The notes: a model not told the origin generated them from the sequence alone. A stretch of 32,000 nucleotides of DNA from Halalkalibacterium halodurans (GCF_004376175.1 NZ_SNUY01000015.1:401-32400); one strand, 5' to 3'. Shown: positions 1-9,352, numbered from the stretch's first letter. Numbers and translations are program-made.

Positions 1-104
1 CATTGTTCAAACAATGTTTGCAGCTCTTGATCGTCTGCATAATGTTCCTTTACTTGATCGATGATCGCTTGCAACGATCGCGGTATTTTTCTTTCAGCAG
101 CCAT
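1..104 (-). CDS. 5' end of a gene that runs off the left edge; possibly a GH125 exo-alpha-1,6-mannosidase
   Basis: The minus strand reads AAAGGGAGAC-ATG-GAG-ATG GCT..., giving M(EM)AAERKIPRSLQAIIDQVKEHYADDQELQTLFEQC. An SD-like AAAGGGAG lies at 113-120. The ...LF.(N/Q)C tail resembles my memory of GH125 N-termini, and the gene sits directly downstream of GH38. Only about 35 codons are visible. Confidence 0.3.
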   Translation of the reverse strand, partial: MAAERKIPRSLQAIIDQVKEHYADDQELQTLFEQ

Positions 105-119
105 CTCCATGTCTCCCTT

Positions 120-2812
120 TTATTCAAATCGTAACGTCACGATTTCTTGTGGTCGAACCTCTATCTGTACATTTCCCGTTCCAAGCTTCTCTATTTGTTC
201 TTCTAAAATGGTGCAACGGTAAATCTGTAAAAAGTGCGTAGACTGCACGATTAGCGCTTCGCCCTCACGCTTAGGGTTGAACCAGCGAAGAATCATCCCA
301 CGGCCATCCATTGTCGGCTTACACGCTGTTAATACAAGCCCTTCTCCTGACCATTGGAAAAGGTTTGTTGCATGAGGAAGGGGACCCATGCTTTGTTCTG
401 TTTGGATCACCGTCGGTTCCACGGGGTCATCATAGGCAGCCACATAGACATTTGCCGATAGAACATCCCCTTTATGTGGTAAAAGGACGAATTGCGCTTC
501 ATTTTGTCCAAAACATTGAGCCTCAGGTGTTTCAAACAGACCCCAATCACCAAGTTCTCCGACTGAGCGGAGCAGCGTAACAGCGATGCTATCACTTACA
601 ATCTCGTATTCATGCAAGCCCTTCGTTGCAATCGTTAGCCCGTACTCCCCATTATCTAAACTGACCAGTCGTTGCATATGGTGATCAAAGGCTGGATTTT
701 GCCATTTCGGATCTGGTGTATTCGGACGCTCTACGATTTCGTAGATGCTGTCCGCATAATGGTTGCCGCGGGCTCTTTCTACTGGAAAAAGAGCTCTCAT
801 TCGGTGGTCCTTTGCCGTATTGTCGATGTTCACGTTCACCTTTAATCCTTTTGCTCCTTGTTCTAACGTCAATTCCGTGCGCAGCGTGATGTCCGTTCGT
901 TCCTTAGATCTACCTGCCTTTCTGTCAGGATGCCACACTAACCGTTCCTGCTCCTCCTTCAATCGTTCGTCAGCTGCCGCTGGAACAGAGAGCGTCTGGC
1001 AAATCTCAACCGTCGCACATAATGAATTGTTTTCAATGATTCGGATCGATGCCTCACACGCCTCAGTCGTATAGCGAACCCCATCAGATGAAGCTTTGAA
1101 CATATATTCATTGCCAATGTCGCCCACATCTTCATATATTCCTAAGTGACGATATTCGAACCCTGTCGTTTTATCAAGAATAGAGTAGCTCCCATTTCGA
1201 TGAATCATCACCTTCATCGCTTCGTTTTCCAGCGTGTTCATAGACGGATCGCCAATCAACTCTTTTCGTGCCTCTGTTTGTTTCTCTTCAACCGGGACAA
1301 GAAAGCCACACTCGTATCCGAGATAAAGGTCAGAATCATATGAAAAGGTGACTTCTAATTCTCTCGCATAATACGGTCGTCTAAATCCGTCTCTTGGCAG
1401 ATCATAACCGAAGCGAACACCTGCATCTTGCACTTCGATAGGAACGCTTCCTTTGTTCGGGAATTCTAGCCGGTATGTCGGCATCACAATCTCTTTCAAG
1501 CGATCGGGAATATGACGAAAATCCATCTCGTCAAAGTAGATTTTTTCATAGCAACTTTGTGACGGACAACTCTCTTTCCAGACGTTCCGTTCGTCTTCAA
1601 CACAACGAGAGGAATAGCCTCCTCTGAATCATGTAAGGTGTTTATTTGGGTAGCGATTTCCTTTCCCTGCTCCGCAATAAATGTCGTCGCTCCGGCCTCT
1701 ACCTTCTCAAACCGCGTCTTCATTTCGCGGTGAACCGCATCAATGCTACAGCCGCAAATACTGTCATGGGGATGGTTTTCCATTAATAGCTTCCAATAAT
1801 ATTCGGAAAAATCACGATGAAGAGATTTGTTTTCAACTAGAAGACCCATCGGTTCCAATACGTTTGTCAAAAGTGTTTGGCAACGATCATTCGCCTGTTT
1901 CAAATAGATTCTCGCTGAAGCTGTATTGACGAGTGTTGACCAACCATCCGTCTTCTGGTTCCGCAACTCCCCTGTAATTTTTTGTAACTCCTTCGGTAGC
2001 TCTTCCTTTATTTGTGTGAGATAATCGTGAAAATTAGAATGCTTAAACGCTACATCGGGAAATAACGTTTCCGCCACTTTAATGGCTTGAGTGACATCCT
2101 TTTGGACTGGCTGATGATCACAGCCGTTCATAAACAATAACTGTGAAGTAGAGGCAAATCTCTCGGCGTCTCTGAGCTTTTTCACCCAAAATGTCTGCGC
2201 CTCGTCTTCGTCCGTTGGAATTTCGTTTCCATTTGAATACCAGTTTGCAAGCAAAATCCCTAATACTTGTGATCCGTCAGGCGCTTCCCAAATTAATTCA
2301 GAAAAGGGCGACGAATAGTCATCGTGCTGTACTTGGTTATTGAACCCCGTCGGCGTCACACCCCTCCCAAAAACCGCCGCACGGATACCTGCTTGTGCTA
2401 ACAATTGGGGCGCCTGACCGTAAATACCAAACGTATCGGGAAAGTAGCCAATTTGCTCTCTTTTCTGTCCAAAAGTCTCCGTATCTTTTATCCCGTACAA
2501 TAGATTTCGTACATTGGCTTCAGCGCTTGTTAAGAAAGCATCCTGCAAAATATACCAAGGGCCGATCACCAATCGACCGTCTTGAATATATTTTCTAACT
2601 TCCGCCTCTTTTTCTGGCCGAATGTTTAAATAGTCTTCGAGCATAATCGTTTGCCCGTCCATATGAAAGCTTCGAAAGTTCGGATCTGTAGCAAATAGCT
2701 CTAACAAGTCATCCATTAGTTGAATTAAATAGTAACGATGGCATTCGAATGGCATGTACCATTCTCGATCCCAATGGGAATGGGAAATAATATGGGCTGT
2801 TTTTTTCATCAT
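120..2812 (-). pseudogene. GH38 alpha-mannosidase, interrupted by a single frameshift (ORFs 1496..2812 and 120..1526)
   Basis: The N-terminal ORF carries the GH38 signature KKTAHIISHSHWDREWY. The two ORFs total about 910 aa, typical of bacterial GH38, and overlap by 31 nt in different frames. An SD (GGAGAGAGAGG) precedes ATGATG at 2812. The track's start at 2830 is a GTG inside that SD. Confidence 0.85.
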
Positions 2813-2844
2813 ACAATCCTCTCTCTCCACTAAAGCTGATCCAG

Positions 2845-3459
2845 TTATTCATTTACTCGAAACTGACGAAAACGATTTAATGCCACTTTCATCACCCAAA
2901 AAGCCGGTAGCGTGCCTAGCGCAAAAGGGATTAATCCGGGCATCTGATAAAGTAAAAAACCGATAACCGTTAGCCCGAGACCGATTAAAATATTTTGCTT
3001 CAAACTTATGAGTGTAATAATGAAAGGCTGCCATAAATACTGTTTCACCGTTTGCTCAAAATGGACATAGTACGAAAACATGTAGAAAAACGAAAATACA
3101 TAAATGACAAGACATGTGATAATGACGATCGTACTAATGAGAGCGATGATCCCCTTTAATTGCGTAACCAAATAAAGATCGAAAACTAACAAGGCACCAA
3201 GGAACAGATACACTGAGCCAATTCCGTTCATTTTCCAAAAGTTTATTCTATAAAACGTATGAAATGACTTCCAAATGGGAAGATCTAATTCCCCGTGCAA
3301 CCATCTCCTCGTCGTTGCAAACAATGCTCCTGTTGCAGGAAACAAGCCAAGAACGACGCCCCCTAATAAAATGTGAGCGAGCCACGCCCAATTCAACTGC
3401 ATCATTCGCCAAATCCAAAAACTCGCCTCGGTGAAAAATCCCCCTAAACGATTAATCAT
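2845..3459 (-). CDS. YesL-like (DUF624) integral membrane protein
   Basis: MINRLGGFFTEASFWIWRMMQLNWAWLAHILLGGVVLGLFPATGALFATTRRW is a typical YesL/DUF624 N-terminus, followed by several TM segments. An SD (GGGGGAGGGG) precedes ATG 3459. That ATG overlaps the ROK stop (ATGATTAA), which suggests translational coupling. Confidence 0.75.
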   Translation of the reverse strand: MINRLGGFFTEASFWIWRMMQLNWAWLAHILLGGVVLGLFPATGALFATTRRWLHGELDLPIWKSFHTFYRINFWKMNGIGSVYLFLGALLVFDLYLVTQLKGIIALISTIVIITCLVIYVFSFFYMFSYYVHFEQTVKQYLWQPFIITLISLKQNILIGLGLTVIGFLLYQMPGLIPFALGTLPAFWVMKVALNRFRQFRVNE

Positions 3460-4360
3460 CGCCCCTCCCCCTTTGATGTTCGTCGAGCCACCGTTTCGCT
3501 GCTCCGAACAATTGAGCCTGATCAAGATGCTCACAGAGAGCCAAGGAAGGCTTTATTGTTGCCTCCTGACGTCCTGCAAAAATGTCAGCCAGCCGTTTCT
3601 CAAGCTCCTTCATAAACCCAGGCTGTCTCGTAATTCCACCGCCTATGAAAATCTTTTCTGGATCCAACATATATTGCAGGTTAAACACACCCACCGCTAA
3701 CGATTGAAAAAAGACGTCGATTGACTCTTGTGCCTTCTTATGGCCTTTCGCCGCTTCCTCAAACGCAAGATATCCCGTCCATCGCTCATCATGAGGGGGT
3801 TCCCCTTTCAGCCGTTTAACGATGGCGACTGACGAGCCGATTTCACTCCACGATTTGGAATCGCCTCTCTCATCTACATTCATGATCGCATAACCGAATT
3901 CGCCACCGTGTAAATGGGCTCCGCGTCGGAGCTTCCCGTCAAGGACAAAAGCGCCACCGATCCCCGTTCCGCACACAATGCAGGCAAATGTGCTCACACC
4001 TTGTGCTGCCCCATTCCATCCTTCGGCGATCGCCGCACAGTTTGCATCATTCTCCATCGCTACAGGAAGTCCATATGTTTCTTCAAGCGTTCGCTTCAAA
4101 TTGTTCTCATGAACAAATTCAACTGCACTAGAACCGAGAACGTCACCAGTGGATGTGACACTTCCCGGACAGCTCATCGCGATGCCGATAATGTTGTAAC
4201 GCTGACTAAACCTTTCATAATATTCATCTACCATCTGACAAAAGATCGGTAAGCTGCTCGGTGTCGGCTGCTCGATTTTTTCAACCAATTGAGCACGGAC
4301 TGAAACGAGTGCCATTTTTGTAAATGTGCCCCCTATATCAATCGTTAACAAGTACGCCAT
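3452..4360 (-). CDS. ROK-family sugar kinase
   Basis: MAYLLTIDIGGTFTK matches the ATP-binding DxGGT motif. MENDANCAAIAEGWNG and CGTGIGG are ROK motifs. The start is placed at ATG 4360 (GAGGG about 7 nt upstream), because a TATAAT at 4384-4389 would put the transcription start inside the longer ORF-track start at 4378. Confidence 0.85.
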   Translation of the reverse strand: MAYLLTIDIGGTFTKMALVSVRAQLVEKIEQPTPSSLPIFCQMVDEYYERFSQRYNIIGIAMSCPGSVTSTGDVLGSSAVEFVHENNLKRTLEETYGLPVAMENDANCAAIAEGWNGAAQGVSTFACIVCGTGIGGAFVLDGKLRRGAHLHGGEFGYAIMNVDERGDSKSWSEIGSSVAIVKRLKGEPPHDERWTGYLAFEEAAKGHKKAQESIDVFFQSLAVGVFNLQYMLDPEKIFIGGGITRQPGFMKELEKRLADIFAGRQEATIKPSLALCEHLDQAQLFGAAKRWLDEHQRGRGDD

Positions 4361-4383
4361 CTTCATCCCTCGTTCCACTTAGA

Positions 4384-4402
4384 ATTATAGAAATCGCTTA
4401 CA
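4384..4402 (-). promoter_or_regulatory. Putative -10 box (TATAAT) plus an overlapping cre (CcpA) box for the ROK-yesL-GH38 unit
   Basis: The minus strand reads TGTAAGCGATTTCT (4402->4389), matching 10 of the 11 defined positions of TGWAANCGNTNWCA. It is immediately followed by TATAAT (4389->4384). Confidence 0.55.
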
Positions 4403-4675
4403 TCCTTTTTGTCTATCTTAGCGAGAAAGAGGCAAAGTTTGAACACGAATGATCTAAATCATTTAAAATGCACATGAAAACTTTAAAATTGACAAGGTTT
4501 ATGGAAAAGCACAAAGCACCGACTTAAAACGGAGCGACTGATCGAAGCACGGATATAAAGGAATGTGATGAGATGTTGCACCGATAGGAATGTTTAGAGG
4601 AGTCGCCTCGTTTTTGACGCCTGCACTAGGCGTCACCAGGTTCTTTACAAAAGGCAAGCTTTCATAAAGAGTAAA

Positions 4676-4705
4676 CAAAAAATAGAGAGGGTCTCCCCCC
4701 TCTAT
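4676..4705 (-). terminator. Rho-independent terminator after the GH85 gene
   Basis: Minus-strand RNA reads AUAGAGGGGGGAGACCCUCUCUAU followed by UUUUUUG, starting 13 nt after the GH85 stop. Confidence 0.8.
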
Positions 4706-4717
4706 CGAATGATCCAA

Positions 4718-7381
4718 CTAGAACCCGTGAGCCTCGAATTCATAAATTCGTGCCGCTTGATCGCCACCTTGTGTCGGTTTATCGATCAACAATCTTACAT
4801 ACCGGGCGCTCTCCAATGGAATGGAATGCTCGCTTGTTGCCTTTGTATTATTTACTACTTCGACAACCGGCTTCCACGATTCGCCGTTTATACTCGTTTC
4901 GATCGTATAGGCCTTTGTATTAAAGGCTGCTGGTTCTCCTCCTGCTTCCGCATGCTTAAGTACAAATTTCGCGATCGTGTAGACCTCTCCTAAATCTACT
5001 TGTAACCATTGATTTGTGCCTATAGCACACCATTTGCTGTTGTCAGATACGTTGCCGTCCACCGCCTTGTCTGGTCCTTCGCTTGACGCACATTGGCCAC
5101 TTGCTGTCGCTTTTTTCTGCAACGCAAGATTCGTCATCCTTGCCGCCTCTTCTGTAATCGTCACAAAGTTTTCGCGTATGAGAACATCTTCTCCTTCACT
5201 ATTTTTTGCCACGAGCTTGACGGAATATGTCCCTTCCTCCTGATAAACAATGACTGGATTCAGTTCATCGCTTCTATTCGGTTGACCACCTTCAAACGTC
5301 CATTCCACCGATTCCGTTACCTCGGAGGAATGATTGAAAAACTGAATCGACTCACCAGGTGCTGCAACCGTTTGGCTAACTGAAAAATCGGCTCTCGGCT
5401 TCGGGTATGGTGGCCACTCAAACGTTACCCGCGTACCAGATGGACGACTCGCAAACGTTTCGCTAACAGGAACGACTTCGAGCGTAGTTGCCTCTTCCTT
5501 CCCAACTCTTTTAAGCTTGGAAAGGTAATAAACATTGTTAGGTGTTGCACCTAGAAATTGTTTTTCACCGCTTGCCAGTTGACGATAAAGTTCATAATGA
5601 CGAACATTTTCGCCTCCTGTCCACTCAAGCGAAAGATCAGCATAAATTCCATCCTCAAACGAATGATTGCTCACCTTTACTTCAGTGACCTCTGGTGGCA
5701 CCTGTTGATTGTCATGCTTGTTGCTTATTTTTAATTCACCCACATAAAGGTGGTAATCGGTGATTCGCTGATCGCTCTCCACATAGAGTGATATGGCGGC
5801 GATTTGTTTCCCTTTGTGCTTTTTCAGCTTCACTTTTTCCGTCACCCACTCATGATCACCTTGCTTCTTCAAGTCAAAAAAGATAAACTCATCTGGATCG
5901 TCAAGGAAACTAATCCCTACCTTTAGTCCGTGTTTTTTCACAGGCGTTTTGTAGGTGAGTTGAATCTCTGTATCTTTTTCTATTAATAGATTGGTTTTAT
6001 AGAGCTTGACGTTTGTTGCGTTTTCTTTCGATAAGTCTCCTGATAGTTTCAGAGAGCTCCCTCCGTAAAATGATTCTCCCCAATCAAAGTCTACCGTTAG
6101 AGGCGTTCCGCCGCTTTCAGCCATCCATCTCCATGTTGGCAAAAGGTCTTGCAAGCTCCGATTGTTCCAAGATGCATCCGATTTGGTTTTACCATTGATC
6201 GCAAAAAATTGTCCGCTTCCCGTATTGAAATGGGTCACAAACGGTAGTTCATTAATGACCGTCTTCTCAGGAAAATAAGTAGCCATCCCTTTCCACTCCG
6301 CGTGTTCATCGACTTTAGCTGGATTTCTAGATGGACCGACCCAAAAGAGTTGTTCCCGATCATAGAAATCGCGCATCGTATCAGATGACTTAAAGGCCCA
6401 ATCCGGTCTGTAGATCCCCAGTGATGTGTGCGGCTCGCCACCTTCTGGAAACACTTGTTGCCAATTTACGTAAGTGTTCGTGCCATTAGCCTCTACATCA
6501 ATGCCTGCATATAAATCGTAAGGACTTCTTCCAAGCGATGCTGCTTTCTGTTTTGATCGTTCTTGGCTATGATTCCACCACCAAAAATTGAGAAACATAC
6601 TGTCAGCAACTTTTCGATTTCCAGCTTGAAAGAACATTGCATTTTCGTCGGTTAAATAGTTTTGCCAGCGAATGTCTCCATTCGAAATCATTGAGTCATA
6701 CCACATAATGTGCATTCCTTCTGGCTTATTTTCCTGAAGATAAAGGAGAAATTCCTGCATGTCCTTTGCTGTTTCAGGTGTCCCTCCTTCTGTTTCTTGG
6801 TTAATAAACCAACCATCAAATCCGTAGTATTCGGCTACTTCTAACAACTTATCCGCAGCCGGAAATGATCCGTCCTCCCCACGCGCAAGCATCTTGTCAA
6901 CCCATTCTTCTTGTCCCCCGTAAACTTTCGGTGGGAAAAACACGTTCCCTAAAATAGGCACGCCGTTGCGGTGAGCGGCATCAATGACGTCACCACTTGG
7001 CGGCGTAATGATTCCTTCACCGGCAGAACCTGCCCAATACACCATTAAATCAACGTATTGCCAAAAGCCGAACGTGTTGGCAAAAAATTCATTTCCTCCT
7101 TGGGAAGGAACGCCACTCGTATTGGGATTTAATGCGGATAAGGCCACAAGCTTAGCGTCCGTTTGCTGAATATCGTTCACGGTATACAGCACTTCCCGCT
7201 CACGAAGAGGAATGGAACTTCGGTTAAAGCGCGCATCAGGATCCGTCTCCGGACTCCAATCGAGCAACGTTTCAGGATACCAATATGAAGACTCAGGCTG
7301 ACTTGCAAACCCTTGACTCGGCAGCAACACGAGAATCAACACCGCAATAAACACAAAGGAAAAGACACTACCTTTTTTCAA
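4718..7381 (-). CDS. Secreted GH85 endo-beta-N-acetylglucosaminidase with C-terminal PKD and F5/8 type C (discoidin/CBM32-like) modules
   Basis: There is a signal peptide (MKKGSVFSFVFIAVLILVLLPSQGFAS). The GH85 core includes FGFWQYVDLMVYWAGSAGEGII and DGWFINQETEGG, with the catalytic N-x-E. A PKD-like segment reads ADFSVSQTVAAPGESIQF...GTYSVKLVAKNSEGED. The discoidin-like tail reads AVDGNVSDNSKWCA...ARYVRLL...IYEFEAHGF. The gene starts with TTG at 7381, preceded by the SD AAGGTGGGG. Confidence 0.9.
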   Translation of the reverse strand: MKKGSVFSFVFIAVLILVLLPSQGFASQPESSYWYPETLLDWSPETDPDARFNRSSIPLREREVLYTVNDIQQTDAKLVALSALNPNTSGVPSQGGNEFFANTFGFWQYVDLMVYWAGSAGEGIITPPSGDVIDAAHRNGVPILGNVFFPPKVYGGQEEWVDKMLARGEDGSFPAADKLLEVAEYYGFDGWFINQETEGGTPETAKDMQEFLLYLQENKPEGMHIMWYDSMISNGDIRWQNYLTDENAMFFQAGNRKVADSMFLNFWWWNHSQERSKQKAASLGRSPYDLYAGIDVEANGTNTYVNWQQVFPEGGEPHTSLGIYRPDWAFKSSDTMRDFYDREQLFWVGPSRNPAKVDEHAEWKGMATYFPEKTVINELPFVTHFNTGSGQFFAINGKTKSDASWNNRSLQDLLPTWRWMAESGGTPLTVDFDWGESFYGGSSLKLSGDLSKENATNVKLYKTNLLIEKDTEIQLTYKTPVKKHGLKVGISFLDDPDEFIFFDLKKQGDHEWVTEKVKLKKHKGKQIAAISLYVESDQRITDYHLYVGELKISNKHDNQQVPPEVTEVKVSNHSFEDGIYADLSLEWTGGENVRHYELYRQLASGEKQFLGATPNNVYYLSKLKRVGKEEATTLEVVPVSETFASRPSGTRVTFEWPPYPKPRADFSVSQTVAAPGESIQFFNHSSEVTESVEWTFEGGQPNRSDELNPVIVYQEEGTYSVKLVAKNSEGEDVLIRENFVTITEEAARMTNLALQKKATASGQCASSEGPDKAVDGNVSDNSKWCAIGTNQWLQVDLGEVYTIAKFVLKHAEAGGEPAAFNTKAYTIETSINGESWKPVVEVVNNTKATSEHSIPLESARYVRLLIDKPTQGGDQAARIYEFEAHGF

Positions 7382-7456
7382 CGTTCACCCCACCTTTTTT
7401 GTGGCATCGTCCAGAGAACGGATTGCCCTATAAAAATGCTAAATGCACACACCTAA

Positions 7457-7504
7457 TGTAAGCGCATTCACTCAGATCGTAGTAAAGCTCCTTCAAGGCG
7501 TCAA
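7457..7504 (-). promoter_or_regulatory. Putative sigmaA promoter plus cre box for the GH85 gene
   Basis: On the minus strand, TTGACG (7504->7499) is followed by 17 nt and then TACGAT (7481->7476). The cre-like TGTAAGCGCATTCA (7457-7470) matches 10/11 defined positions and lies just downstream of the -10, the usual position for CcpA repression. Confidence 0.5.
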
Positions 7505-7604
7505 TCCGCCTTGGCCAATCCCTTTAATTTTTGTAGCAAAAATTAACTTTGTCCATTCTAAGATAGTCAAGCCTTAATGATAGAAGCGCAACTTTCTTAA
7601 AGTG

Positions 7605-7642
7605 TAAAAAGCAGCTAATCAAATAACACTTGATCAGCTGCT
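7605..7642 (-). terminator. Rho-independent terminator
   Basis: Minus-strand RNA reads AGCAGCUGAUCAA-GUGUUAU-UUGAUUAGCUGCU, a 13-bp stem with one mismatch, followed by UUUUU. It lies 34 nt downstream of the stop of ORF 7676..7924. Confidence 0.75.
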
Positions 7643-7675
7643 CATCTCTACCTCAGACCTTTCGGCTAAGATTTT

Positions 7676-7924
7676 TCAACACCAAGGAATTTTTTCCAAT
7701 AAAAACGAAACTTGTTTATAAAAGAAATCGTCTTCCGCCTTAAGCTTATTTACGCGAGGGTCACACTTTTTTCTTGGCGAAGAAATATTAGGTACTCTTC
7801 CTCTAATTGTTGCTTCATAATTATGTAGAAAAGCTCTGGGATTGTCATCGTTCATTCCACCTCTGAGCACGGTGGTAGCATTTTTCTTTCCAAATCGAAT
7901 AAGTCTATATGGGAACAAATACAT
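7676..7924 (-). CDS. Hypothetical small protein (82 aa ORF); coding status uncertain
   Basis: The open frame is followed by a good terminator. However, there is no SD before ATG 7924, and the internal ATG (MNDDNPRAF) has AGAGGTGG only 1-2 nt upstream. I recognise no family. Confidence 0.3.
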   Translation of the reverse strand: MYLFPYRLIRFGKKNATTVLRGGMNDDNPRAFLHNYEATIRGRVPNISSPRKKCDPRVNKLKAEDDFFYKQVSFLLEKIPWC

Positions 7925-7937
7925 ACGACTAAAGTTG

Positions 7938-7946
7938 TGCTATAAT
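7938..7946 (+). promoter_or_regulatory. Extended -10 element (TGCTATAAT) upstream of the sensor kinase
   Basis: TGnTATAAT lies at 7938-7946, about 11 nt before the SD AGGAGGTG. The -35 region is weak. Confidence 0.4.
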
Positions 7947-7970
7947 TGAACTAGATAGGAGGTGAGTCTA

Positions 7971-9152
7971 ATGGATCAGAAAGCGACAATATTTATTAAC
8001 GGGATCATTTATACCTCGTTATTTGTCACATGGCTATTTTTGTTTGCTACAAATCCGGACCACCAGCTACACCTTTCACTTCTATGGCTTGGTTACACAC
8101 TAATTTATTTCGTCCGTCACCACAGGCATTACTCTTTAAGCAATCAAGTGATCGTTTTTCTTATGCTTTTGCAGTTACTCCTAGCTTTTTTCATCACCGC
8201 GATCGACGGCTCCTTTGTGCCACAAATTCTTTTATTCATCATCATTGCAGAAAGTGCCTTTTTGATGAATAAAAGAGTCAGCATTCCAATTGCGATCATC
8301 GCCTATGGGTGTTTTGTTGTTGGAGTCGCTGTCAACCTTCATTTTCCTAGCTTCTCAGAGCTTTTGTTTGTCATTCCAAGGTTGTTAGAATACATACTTT
8401 TTTTCGGGTTTAGTTATATATCCAAAATAACAATTGAACAAAAAGAGCAGCTAAACCTTGCCTATGAACGATTATCCTCCGCGGGGAAAGAACTAGAGAA
8501 AAAGACGTTAATGGAAGAACGGGTTCGCCTATCACGGGAAATTCATGATACGATTGGCCATACGTTAACGACCGCGATTGTCGGACTTGAGTCGGTCAAA
8601 CGATTGCTCCAACATCAGCGCACGGAAGAAGCCTTTGAAAAACTAACAAAAGCGCAGGAACATATTAAAAAAGGACTTGCTGAAGTACGTCGTTCCGTTA
8701 AAACCCTACATGAAAAACCTTCGTTTCTTCAATTCGTCCCGAGTTTGGAAGCTCTCGCAAAAGAAACGAGTGAAAGCACAGGAGTTAGTATTCATTGTCA
8801 TATCGGTGATTTGCCAAAGTTAACACCTGAACAGGAGCTCACCCTTTTTCGAGCGTTTCAAGAAGGGTTAACTAACGGAATACGCCACGGACAGAGCACT
8901 GAATTTTTTTTCACATTAGAAGCGAAAGACGAGCGAATTTGGTTTGAGCTCATTGATAACGGGCAAACGACTACTCCGATTAAACCTGGATTTGGTTTAA
9001 CGATGATGAACGACCGCGTCCAAAGTCTCGGAGGCGAAATTCACATTAGCCGCCATGGTTCAGGAGGGGTCCATTTAGGAATCACTCTACCTATGACGAA
9101 ACCAATTGATGGCGATTCCTCTGATAAAGTAGCTTCAACACGAGAGGATTGA
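7971..9152 (+). CDS. Membrane sensor histidine kinase, HisKA_3 (NarL/LiaS/DesK-type) family
   Basis: About six N-terminal TM helices are followed by EERVRLSREIHDTIGHTLTTAIVGLE (HisKA_3 H-box), the N-box LTNGIRHG, and the G-box DNGQ...GFGLTMMNDRVQSLGGEIHI. ATG 7971 lies 6 nt after AGGAGGTG. The track's 7962 start is a GTG inside the SD. Confidence 0.9.
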   Translation: MDQKATIFINGIIYTSLFVTWLFLFATNPDHQLHLSLLWLGYTLIYFVRHHRHYSLSNQVIVFLMLLQLLLAFFITAIDGSFVPQILLFIIIAESAFLMNKRVSIPIAIIAYGCFVVGVAVNLHFPSFSELLFVIPRLLEYILFFGFSYISKITIEQKEQLNLAYERLSSAGKELEKKTLMEERVRLSREIHDTIGHTLTTAIVGLESVKRLLQHQRTEEAFEKLTKAQEHIKKGLAEVRRSVKTLHEKPSFLQFVPSLEALAKETSESTGVSIHCHIGDLPKLTPEQELTLFRAFQEGLTNGIRHGQSTEFFFTLEAKDERIWFELIDNGQTTTPIKPGFGLTMMNDRVQSLGGEIHISRHGSGGVHLGITLPMTKPIDGDSSDKVASTRED

Positions 9153-9225
9153 TATCTTTACCATTAATCCTTTTCGGTTGCGCTAGAGATCTTTATTTTT
9201 ATAGTTACATGACTGCTTACAAAGA

Positions 9226-9275
9226 GATTCGCCTGCCTTCTGAAAGGCAAGCGAATCACCTCTTATTCTTTCTTT
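9226..9275 (+). terminator. Probable terminator after the kinase gene
   Basis: The stem is GATTCGCCTGCCTT-CTGA-AAGGCAAGCGAATC (13 bp plus one mismatch), followed by the T-rich tract ACCTCTTATTCTTTCTTTTCC. Confidence 0.6.
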
Positions 9276-9352
9276 TCCTGTATACGTCAAACAAGATCCT
9301 ATCCCCCATATTTACCCAATTTCTATCATCTTTTGATTGTTTCATTAAGTCA

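Noticed and set aside
311-1343. Plus-strand ORFs 311..580, 763..1074 and 1146..1343, and minus-strand ORF 407..595, inside the GH38 region
   Set aside because: They are antisense to, or out of frame with, a clearly homologous GH38 coding sequence. They have no SD, and their composition is typical of shadow ORFs.
1496-1560. Programmed ribosomal frameshifting in the GH38 gene
   Set aside because: The A6 run is not followed by a stimulatory structure that I can see. GH38 enzymes are not known to use recoding. A simple indel or assembly error is the simpler explanation.
4499-4717. 72-aa minus-strand ORF downstream of the GH85 gene
   Set aside because: Its start region runs through the GH85 terminator hairpin. 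It has no SD and no recognisable motif, and it lies in the promoter/cre region of the ROK unit.
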